DNA of 21,301 nt, taken from positions 1 to 21,301 of the forward strand of contig JBLIRN010000046.1 in NCBI GenBank assembly GCA_049472315.1, given 5' to 3'. The notes under the pieces were generated by a model that saw only the letters and a program-made list of their open reading frames with translations, had not been told where the DNA came from and ran no database searches. The position numbers and the translations under genes are program-made. Positions 1 through 7,722 of this stretch are shown here, one piece after another. Each line of letters begins with the position of its first letter. The stretch's first letter is position 1. Origin of the DNA: a bacterium. GTDB lineage: Bacteria; SZUA-182; DTGQ01; JAFGSM01.

Positions 1-42
1 GCCTTTAAGGCACCTTGACGCGAGTGGAATGGCCCGTCTCAT
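1..42 (-). CDS. Possible 5' end of a gene running off the left edge (MRRAIPLASRCLKG...)
   Basis: ATG at 42 on the minus strand, preceded by AAAAGGA (54-48); frame open to the window edge; only 14 codons visible. Confidence 0.3.
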   Translation of the reverse strand, partial: MRRAIPLASRCLKG

Positions 43-125
43 GAATATCCTTTTAGTACCTGCTGCCCACGGATTGGCGCGGATTAACATCCGGCCATTA
101 TATGCGGCCGGTCTTCTCGAAGGTC

Positions 126-851
126 TTAGTAATTCGGAAGCATTACACGAATCCTGTTGTTCCAGCCGGAGAATCGTTCCCTCGCCTTGCGGGACAGTGC
201 AAGCCTCCCCGTATAATTCATTGCCCGATAACGCATACCGCTTCCAAGGGCAAACGGATATCCTGTCGCCATCCTGGAGGTATAGAGGGACATTGGACGA
301 TATTGACTCTTTTTTCGAGTAAGCAGCCTGCCCTCAATGCCTCCCAGCCAGTTCGTCCTGCGTCGTACTGCCATTTGTCTTTGTGGAAAACGGTAGGATG
401 AGAACAGAGGGGCAGCCATTCTCCGTTTGCGGCCAAAAACCCCGTCGCCCAGAGAAACACGCCCGTACATGCGTGCCCTTGTTGTAAGGGGGTATCCCGA
501 AAGGCCGGCGCCCCTGGCAACCCTGCGCGTCCTTGTGCCCCATCCCTGGAATGCGGCCATGCGGGACCGGAGGCTCGTGGAATACCGAGGCGCATACATT
601 GATCGGGACACTCTCCTGTATAGCCCGGTGCGAGTACCTGTTAGGGAGCGTCTTATCAAACCGCGGGTACCTGTTGCGGTCCGCCTTGTCATCCGAAGCG
701 CAGTGGGTCCTGCCTTTCTGGTGGCATATAAGGCAGGTGCACCACTGATTCCACCCTGGCAGAGTGCCTGGTGCGGTGCACAAACGAGAAAAAGGGTGAA
801 AAATAGGACAAAGAGGAGAAATGCTTGGGGTGTTACCCGATGTGCCTTCAT
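126..851 (-). CDS. Secreted, highly basic Arg-rich hypothetical protein
   Basis: N-terminal signal peptide (MKAHR, hydrophobic FLLFVLFFTLFLV, then ALC/Q); about 40 Arg versus 3 acidic residues by hand count; purine-rich GAAGGGCAAGGTG upstream; near-consensus promoter upstream on the same strand. Confidence 0.7.
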   Translation of the reverse strand: MKAHRVTPQAFLLFVLFFTLFLVCAPHQALCQGGISGAPALYATRKAGPTALRMTRRTATGTRGLIRRSLTGTRTGLYRRVSRSMYAPRYSTSLRSRMAAFQGWGTRTRRVARGAGLSGYPLTTRARMYGRVSLGDGVFGRKRRMAAPLFSSYRFPQRQMAVRRRTNWLGGIEGRLLTRKKSQYRPMSLYTSRMATGYPFALGSGMRYRAMNYTGRLALSRKARERFSGWNNRIRVMLPNY

Positions 852-1260
852 GGATGCATCACCTTGCCCTTCATGCTGTTGGAGTGATTGGTTTTGGTGA
901 AGAGTGATTCGTGGTGATTGAATGCCATATTTCCCCCCCGATAAAAAATAGTTATACTGTTGCGAAGGCGTTGCAGTGACGTATCAGATGTTCTCTCTTC
1001 CTCGTCGTCCGGGCACCCTGGCGACAATGCCAATATGTCATGCATGATCCTGTCATGCGGCGCGTATCTTGATCAATCTATTGGGGGAAAGGGATTCAGG
1101 GCGATTTCAACAGGGTATCCGTCGCTGCCGGCAATTGGCGATAAGGGTGCGATATCAGGTTCAAAGGTCGGAACGATGAACGATCGGGCGTATTTTTTCG
1201 GTCCGTAATGTGTATCCGTTCGGCAAACCGATGCGCAGACGGAGAAAAACTACATTATAA

Positions 1261-1289
1261 AGTATATGCCACAGCGGCGGTTTTGTCAA
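1261..1289 (-). promoter_or_regulatory. Sigma70-type promoter TTGACA-17-TATACT
   Basis: Minus strand reads TTGACA (1289-1284), a 17-nt spacer, TATACT (1266-1261), in an AT-rich intergenic region. Confidence 0.6.
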
Positions 1290-1344
1290 TAGTTACAATA
1301 TGTTTATAATATAATGAAGATTATTCCATTGCCTGCACCCTTCA

Positions 1345-1374
1345 TTGACAGAAGGAATCAGGATACCATATAAT
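1345..1374 (+). promoter_or_regulatory. Sigma70-type promoter TTGACA-18-TATAAT
   Basis: Perfect consensus hexamers at 1345-1350 and 1369-1374, upstream of the deiminase gene and back-to-back with the minus-strand promoter. Confidence 0.65.
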
Positions 1375-1570
1375 TCGTTGACATGTTTCCTGTATTATCC
1401 CTTGAAATCCCTGGTAGTTCAATGAATGTCACTCGAATTCACATGATTGTATATTCCGGGTTGATCGGCAGCAGTCATTTCAATAATGCGGTTTCTTTGT
1501 TTCCCAGGGAGGCCCGATTAGGGAGTATGTTCGCAAAGGAATCCTTACACCCAAAGGGGCGGTACGAATC

Positions 1571-3055
1571 ATGAAAATTCATTCCCCGGACACGGAAGGC
1601 ATCGGCAATCCCAAGCGCACATCAATACCCTTCTCTATCGTCGTTCCCCTCCTCCTTGTACTCATGAGCTGCGCGGGTACGGGACGTATCAATGAAATCA
1701 TTGCCCGGCACAGGGGAGAAAAGATAACGGAATATGAGGCCTTCAGGGACCCTGATTATCCTCCTGACAAACGAATCGAAATGCTTCCCGAATGGACGCC
1801 GGTATCCCATCTTGTCGTCTCAGACAGGGGAGTCTCCTCCATTCTTCCGAACGACGATCCTGAAAACCGCTTCTACATCGATTTCATCCTTCGGGCCTCG
1901 GAATATGTGGACATCCTGATCATCGTGTCCGAGGAGTCGGGATTTGAACGGATTCTGTCACTCCTCAGGGAGTATGGAAGGTTATCTCTGATCGACCAGG
2001 GACGCATCAAATTTCTCGTTGCATTCCATAATTCGAAATGGATCAGGGACTACGGCCCGTTTTTCGGTACGGATCGATCAGGCATGCTCTATTGCTTTGA
2101 TACCATGTACAACAACATCCGCATTGGCGAGAGCTTCGAGCCGCGGCCCGATGACGAGATCATGCCCCAATTCCTTCTCGGCTTTATGAGCGACCGGAGG
2201 AGGGGCATCAGGTCGATACGGATTCCCTATGTCCTGAACGGCGGGGACTTTTTCACGGACGGAGAGGGTATCTGCTATATCTCAAAGGAAACGGTCTTGT
2301 CAAACGGCGGGGATTTCAACGATGCGGCATTGATTCTGCGACATTATTTCGGCGCACAGAAGTGCGTCTTCATGGAGACACTTCCTCCCCACATCATCAT
2401 CCCCCACATTGACATGTTCTTCAAGCTGGTGACCGGGAATATATGCCTCCTGGGAAGGTACGAGGATTCCAATCCCGATCCGGTTCTTGAGGTCATTCAA
2501 AAGTGGTGCAACGAGAGCCTGGAGAAGAACTATGCCATTCTCAGGGCATCAAACCCGGATATGAGGGTATACCGTGTGCCCATGCCGAATATCGAGAAAA
2601 GGTCCGGCCATCCCATTGACGGGTATTATGCAAAGATCATCGATATCATCAACAGGAACCTGTCCCTGGAAGCGGGGAGCGAGGATTCCACGCTGTGGGA
2701 TACCGGCCTGTGCCCTGAAGAGGCAGCGGAGGTGCTGCTCGAGGATTTTGAAAAGATCAAGGAGATGTCCCTTCGCAACAGGCTGCTCGGCATTCCTGAG
2801 TCCCACTATGTAACAAGGACCTACCTCAATTCCCTCTTCATCAATGGCAATAGAAAGGCGGTCCTGCTGCCCGTGTACGAGGATCATGAAGGGCTCAACG
2901 CGAGGGTTCGCACCATATACGAAGAGGTCTATACCGAGGCATACGGAACCGTGGACATCATCCCGGTCTATGCGGATCTGCTCATCCCCTTTGACGGCGC
3001 CATCCATTGCATCACCGCCACCCTCCCGGCGGACACCGCGAAGGAACGCCGTTAG
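1571..3055 (+). CDS. Agmatine deiminase / Porphyromonas-type peptidylarginine deiminase family protein, probable lipoprotein
   Basis: Family motifs WIRDYGP, NGGDFFTDGEG, HIDMF, TYLN and C-terminal DGAIHCIT carry the Asp/His/Asp/Asn/Cys catalytic set; hydrophobic stretch ending in the lipobox-like LMS-C. Confidence 0.9.
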   Translation: MKIHSPDTEGIGNPKRTSIPFSIVVPLLLVLMSCAGTGRINEIIARHRGEKITEYEAFRDPDYPPDKRIEMLPEWTPVSHLVVSDRGVSSILPNDDPENRFYIDFILRASEYVDILIIVSEESGFERILSLLREYGRLSLIDQGRIKFLVAFHNSKWIRDYGPFFGTDRSGMLYCFDTMYNNIRIGESFEPRPDDEIMPQFLLGFMSDRRRGIRSIRIPYVLNGGDFFTDGEGICYISKETVLSNGGDFNDAALILRHYFGAQKCVFMETLPPHIIIPHIDMFFKLVTGNICLLGRYEDSNPDPVLEVIQKWCNESLEKNYAILRASNPDMRVYRVPMPNIEKRSGHPIDGYYAKIIDIINRNLSLEAGSEDSTLWDTGLCPEEAAEVLLEDFEKIKEMSLRNRLLGIPESHYVTRTYLNSLFINGNRKAVLLPVYEDHEGLNARVRTIYEEVYTEAYGTVDIIPVYADLLIPFDGAIHCITATLPADTAKERR

Positions 3056-3132
3056 CAGCGCATCTCCCCTGCCTCATTTGACCAGATATAATCGGCTATC
3101 TCATTCAATTAAGTGCGCTGCAGATCATTCCC

Positions 3133-5703
3133 CTATTGCTGCGAGTAGGGGTAGCTGAACGGATAGGAGGTAAATCCCCTGTTGAATCCGAAGAAGCCCC
3201 CGCTGAAATAACTGCCGTAGGGGAAGGAGCCACCGGTGAATCCGCCGAAGGGATACGTGGTCCCCGAAACCCCTCCATAGGGGTAAGTGGTGCCGGATAA
3301 TCCTCCGTAGGGGTAGGTGGTGCCGGAAAAACTCCCATAGGGGAATGTGGTGCCGGAAAACCCTCCGTACGGATACCTGCTTCCGGCAAATCCTCCATAT
3401 GAATAGCCGCCGTAGGGATATCCGCCGGTGAGGCCCCCGATGACGCCGCCGTAGGGGAATCCTCCGCCGTAGGATCCGCCATAGGGATATCCCCCACCAT
3501 AGTATCCCCCGCCGAAATACCCCCCGCCAAGGAATCCGCCGGGGAATCCCCCGATGGGGTACCCGCCGAAGAGGAAGCCAGGAATCGGGAGGGGGGAGGG
3601 CTGGGGGCTGGGGGAGGGTGAGGATTTACAGGCGCCATCATAGTCGACGCTCACGCCGCTCGATGCGGCAACGCATTCATTGGAATAGGTCTTTCCATCA
3701 CACCCGCACACCGGGTCATAGACCTGGATGCAGAACTCGGGACGCGGCGCACAGGTGCCAAGGCCGGTGCACTTCCCGGGGTCCTTCTGGCAATAGGCAA
3801 AGGGTGAGCAATCGTTGTTGGTGGAGCAAAAAAGGGTTCCTCCGGGGCATTGCCCGGTATAGTCCACATTTACCCCCTGGGCTGCCGCCTCGCACGAGTT
3901 GGGGTAGGTCTGCCCGTCGCAACCGCAGACCGGCTCCCATATCTCCGGGCATGCCTCGGGACGGGGGGCACATGTCCCCTGTGCCTGCGCAGTGCACTCT
4001 CCGGGGTCCTTCCGGCAATACTCACCCGCCGGGCATGCATTGTTGTCGGAACAGGTGACGTCGCTTCCCTGACACACCCCGGCATACGCGATGTTTTTCC
4101 CCTGGGAGGTGGCAATACACCCGCTGGGATACGTCTTGCCGTCGCAACTGCAGACCGGCGCCCATATATCAGGGCAGGACGTTGGCGGGGGTGCGCAGAT
4201 TCCCATCTCGGAGCACTGACCAGGTCTTTTTTGGCAGGTGGTCCCGGCTGGGCACACGCTGCTGTCCGAACACTGGGGGCCGGTTCCCTGGCATTCACCG
4301 GTGTAATCAACATTGATGCCCTTCAGTGCGGCGGCACAGTCATTTGGATAGGTCTTGCCGTCGCACCCGCACACCGGCGCCCAAACATCGGGGCATGCCC
4401 CCGGAACCGCCGCACATACACCGTTCCCTTCACAATTCCCCGAGGACTTTTGACAGTATTCATCCGTTCCACATTCGGCGTTTTCGGCGCATTCTATCCC
4501 TCCGGGGGTACATTCCCCTGCATAGTCCACATTGATGCCGTTTCCGGATGCCACGCATTCGCTCGAGTAGGTTGTGCCGTCGCACCCACATACCGGCGCG
4601 TATATGTCCGGGCAGATCTCAGGTGCAGGTGCGCATTCCCCGCTTCCAGTGCAGTCCCCGGCCGCCTTTTTGCAGAATGACCCCGACGGGCATTGGCTGT
4701 TGCTCGTACATGGGGTGATTCCCGGCTGGCATTCATTTTCCTGATAGACGTTGACGCCGTTTGAGGCAGCCGTACATTCGTTGGGATAGGTCTTGCCGTC
4801 GCATCCGCACACCGGGTCCCATATCTGTGCGCAGACCTCGGGCCTGGGCGCGCAGGTCCCGGCCGCATTACACTGACCGACCGGCTTGTCACAATACGAG
4901 TCAGGCGGACAGGCGCTGTTCGTGGTACAGGGTATCTGCCCCGGGGTGCAGGCCGATTCGGTGGCGAGATTGATGCCCCGTGCCGCCGCCTCACAGGTAT
5001 TGGGGTAGGTCTGACCGTCGCATCCGCACACCGGGTCCCATACCTGTGCGCAGACCTCGGGCCTGGGCGCACAGGTCCCGATGCCTGCTCCGCACACGCC
5101 GGTTTGTTTCTGGCAGTATTCATTCGGCTGACAATTGCTGTTGTTTGTACACTGAGTCTGTCCCGGCTGGCATGCACCCTGTGATTGCACATTGATTCCG
5201 TATGTTGCAGCCGTGCATTCGTTGGGGTAGGTCTTGCCGTCGCATCCGCACACCGGATCCCATACCTGTGCACAGGCCTCAGGCCTGGGCGCACAGGTCC
5301 CCGCGCCTGCTTCGCATACGCCGGTTTGTCTCTGGCAATATTCATTCAGCTCACAGTCGCCGTTGTCCGTGCACTGGGTCTGTCCCGGCTGGCATGTACC
5401 CTGCGACTGCACACTGATGCCCTTGCGGGCCGCTTCACATTCATTGGGATAGGTCTTGCCGTCGCATCCGCACACCGGTGCCCATACCTGGGGACAGGAA
5501 AAGGGTCGTCGCTCGCATTCACCCTCACCCTGGCAGTCTCCTGCGTCCTTTTTGCAGTAAGCCCCTGGCGAGCATTCCATGGTGATCGAGCAGGAATGCC
5601 CGATTCCATGGGTGCCGGCAAGCGCTGCAGTTCCTTGTAAAAGAAACGGAAAGAGGATGAGAGAAAGGATGACGATACAAGCGCATATGGCTGCCGTTTT
5701 CAT
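3133..5703 (-). CDS. Secreted protein with nine Kazal-type protease-inhibitor units and a Gly/Tyr/Pro/Phe-rich C-terminal tail
   Basis: Signal peptide; nine copies of C-x7(PV)-C[GS]CDG[KQT]TY-x3-C; Ser/Pro linker SSPSPSPQPSP; YPYGG tail; RBS AAGGAGGA before the ATG. Confidence 0.92.
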   Translation of the reverse strand: MKTAAICACIVILSLILFPFLLQGTAALAGTHGIGHSCSITMECSPGAYCKKDAGDCQGEGECERRPFSCPQVWAPVCGCDGKTYPNECEAARKGISVQSQGTCQPGQTQCTDNGDCELNEYCQRQTGVCEAGAGTCAPRPEACAQVWDPVCGCDGKTYPNECTAATYGINVQSQGACQPGQTQCTNNSNCQPNEYCQKQTGVCGAGIGTCAPRPEVCAQVWDPVCGCDGQTYPNTCEAAARGINLATESACTPGQIPCTTNSACPPDSYCDKPVGQCNAAGTCAPRPEVCAQIWDPVCGCDGKTYPNECTAASNGVNVYQENECQPGITPCTSNSQCPSGSFCKKAAGDCTGSGECAPAPEICPDIYAPVCGCDGTTYSSECVASGNGINVDYAGECTPGGIECAENAECGTDEYCQKSSGNCEGNGVCAAVPGACPDVWAPVCGCDGKTYPNDCAAALKGINVDYTGECQGTGPQCSDSSVCPAGTTCQKRPGQCSEMGICAPPPTSCPDIWAPVCSCDGKTYPSGCIATSQGKNIAYAGVCQGSDVTCSDNNACPAGEYCRKDPGECTAQAQGTCAPRPEACPEIWEPVCGCDGQTYPNSCEAAAQGVNVDYTGQCPGGTLFCSTNNDCSPFAYCQKDPGKCTGLGTCAPRPEFCIQVYDPVCGCDGKTYSNECVAASSGVSVDYDGACKSSPSPSPQPSPLPIPGFLFGGYPIGGFPGGFLGGGYFGGGYYGGGYPYGGSYGGGFPYGGVIGGLTGGYPYGGYSYGGFAGSRYPYGGFSGTTFPYGSFSGTTYPYGGLSGTTYPYGGVSGTTYPFGGFTGGSFPYGSYFSGGFFGFNRGFTSYPFSYPYSQQ
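3211..3400 (-). repeat. 30-bp coding tandem repeat (about 6 copies) encoding [YF]P[YF]G[GS]xSGTT
   Basis: Visible 30-nt period (…ccatag gggtaagtgg tgccgga…) inside the Kazal protein tail. Confidence 0.85.
3628..5595 (-). repeat. Coding tandem array of nine roughly 220-bp units (10-Cys module)
   Basis: GGTCT[TG][GA]CCGTCGCATCCGCACACCGG recurs at about 4789, 5008, 5230 and 5452 (219-222 nt spacing), with more diverged copies further along. Confidence 0.9.
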
Positions 5704-5870
5704 GGTGTTTCCTCCTTATGCGGCGAAAGGCTCTGATGTGATGACAGAAACGAATAAAAAGGATTAATAAGACATGCATTACATATTGTATGCGATGGAA
5801 CCTCCTTGATAAACGCTGGTAATTGTTGGGGGGGGGTAAGGGACATGTGTTGCGAGAGAACAACATTATT

Positions 5871-5900
5871 ATTATAGGTCAAACAATTCCGGAAAGGCAA
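5871..5900 (-). promoter_or_regulatory. Candidate sigma70 promoter TTGCCT-18-TATAAT for the Kazal gene
   Basis: Hexamers at 5900-5895 and 5876-5871 on the minus strand. Confidence 0.4.
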
Positions 5901-6291
5901 ATGCCGCGCTATAGCAGGCCATCATCCCCCCTGGCCGTAAATTACCCTCATAGACCAAAAAAATCACCCTATCGTTACGATCTTTTGTGCAGTGCGCCTT
6001 GCGTCCAAGCCTGATTTCAGTCAATGGCGCGGATCATCATCCTTCACACGGCTATAGTGCGCGTTTTTAAAATCCACCGCTGGATTCACACAGGAGAGAG
6101 GGCCTTTTATTGGTCTTTTTAGTGAACCCGTGTTCTTCGTGGTGAAAAAGGTCGATTTTTCGGCAGCTTATGATATAAACGTTTGTCCTCATTGCAGCAA
6201 GGGGAGACAACAGGGGCGGACTATGCTATTATAGAAGACGGAATCGATATGCCGTCATACAGGAAAGACGAAACGGTTTCGCGGTTACCCC

Positions 6292-7527
6292 ATGAATATA
6301 TATCTCATAATCGTTCTGGCTGCCCTTTTTGCCGGGTTTGTCGTTCAGTGCCTGGGGGATTTTCTGTGCATCAGATCCCTTGATATGACCCTGCCCGATG
6401 AATTCAAGGGGCTGTATGAGCCCGAGCGCTACGCAAGGTCCCAGGAATATACCAGAAGCAAGGCGCAATTCGACTGCATTTCATCGGCATTCAGTCTCGT
6501 TTTCGTGGTGACCTTCATCCTGGCAGGCGGATTCAGTTATGTTGACCGGTTTGTCCGGGGTCTTGATGTCCCGTCTACGATCGCAGGGCTCATTTTTTTC
6601 GGGATGCTCTTCCTCATCTACGAGGCCTTCTCGATCCCTTTTTCCCTATACAACCACTTCGTCATCGAACAGCGCTTCGGGTTCAACACCATGACCCTCA
6701 GGACCTTCTTTATCGACAAGGCCAAGATGTATCTCCTGGTGTGCATCCTGGGCTCCATCATCCTGGGGGGGATGCAGTTCATCTTTGAACGGGCGGGTTC
6801 CTATGCATGGATCTATGTATGGGCCTTTGTGTCCCTTTTCATACTCATTGCCCAACCCCTATATACGATGGTCATTGCACCCATGTTCAACGACTTTGCC
6901 CCGCTTGAAGAGGGAAAGCTCAAGGGGGACATCGAAGGGTATGCCGCACGGGTTCGTTTTCCTCTCAAGGAGATCAGCGTGATGGACGGTTCCCGTCGAT
7001 CGGCGCACTCCAACGCCTATTTCAGCGGGCTCTACAAAAAGAGGATTGCGCTCTTCGATACCCTGCTCAATCGGCATTCCCCTGAGGAGATCGTTGCCGT
7101 TATCGCCCACGAGGTAGGCCACTACAAAAAGCGGCACGTGGTCAAGGGGATGGTTTGGGCCATCCTCCACTCAGGCGTATTCTTGTACCTGCTCTCCATT
7201 TTTATGGATAACCTGAGGCTCTTCAAGGCATTCGGGGTGCAGCGGACATCCGTGTATGCCGGGTTCGTCTTTTTTGCATTTCTCTATCTTCCGATAGAGT
7301 TTGTGATCTCGGTTCTCATGAACCATATTTCCCGCAAACATGAATTGGAGGCGGATACGTTCGCTGCCCAGACCACCGGTTCCATCGAGGGAATCGTTTC
7401 AGCCCTGAAAAACCTCGCGGTTTCCAACCTCGGAAATCTCACCCCTCATCCATTGAACGTGGTGCTGCACTACACCCATCCGCCGGTCCTCGATCGCATC
7501 GCGGCCTTGCGGTCCATGCCGCTATAG
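6292..7527 (+). CDS. M48 family zinc metallopeptidase, Ste24/CAAX-protease type, membrane-bound
   Basis: Multiple TM helices; IEQRFGFN, MDGSRRSAHSNAYF, HEVGH (HExxH), HELEAD and YTHPPVLDRI motifs. Confidence 0.95.
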   Translation: MNIYLIIVLAALFAGFVVQCLGDFLCIRSLDMTLPDEFKGLYEPERYARSQEYTRSKAQFDCISSAFSLVFVVTFILAGGFSYVDRFVRGLDVPSTIAGLIFFGMLFLIYEAFSIPFSLYNHFVIEQRFGFNTMTLRTFFIDKAKMYLLVCILGSIILGGMQFIFERAGSYAWIYVWAFVSLFILIAQPLYTMVIAPMFNDFAPLEEGKLKGDIEGYAARVRFPLKEISVMDGSRRSAHSNAYFSGLYKKRIALFDTLLNRHSPEEIVAVIAHEVGHYKKRHVVKGMVWAILHSGVFLYLLSIFMDNLRLFKAFGVQRTSVYAGFVFFAFLYLPIEFVISVLMNHISRKHELEADTFAAQTTGSIEGIVSALKNLAVSNLGNLTPHPLNVVLHYTHPPVLDRIAALRSMPL

Positions 7528-7607
7528 GTATCTGCTTTTTCGACAATCTATTGTGCAGTTATCCTTATGGATCGCTCCGAACACCCTTTTCTCAGCATTT
7601 TCTTTGA

Positions 7608-7623
7608 TGGCACTTCCATGGCT
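7608..7623 (+). promoter_or_regulatory. Possible sigma54 -24/-12 element
   Basis: TGGCAC-N5-TGGCT versus consensus TGGCAC-N5-TTGCW, about 100 nt upstream of the HEAT gene. Confidence 0.25.
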
Positions 7624-7722
7624 TGATTAAAGGGAGTCCTCGGCGGCCTTTCAGGTCGCCACCCGGACATCTCGGGCGTTTTTTCCGAAAAATATACAGA
7701 GACATACATCGGGAGGTCATAC

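Noticed and set aside
1215..1255. c-di-GMP-I riboswitch suggested by GGCAAAC
   Set aside because: The GAAA loop, GACGCAAAGC motif and second stem are missing
3628..5595. Multiheme cytochrome or Fe-S protein suggested by high Cys content
   Set aside because: No CxxCH or ferredoxin motifs; the spacing fits disulfide-bonded Kazal units
3105..5640. Long alternative-frame and antisense ORFs over the Kazal gene
   Set aside because: Shadows of a GC-rich repetitive coding sequence
6292..7527. M48 peptidase as part of the proposed secreted-protein system
   Set aside because: A widespread housekeeping family with no sequence feature linking it beyond proximity
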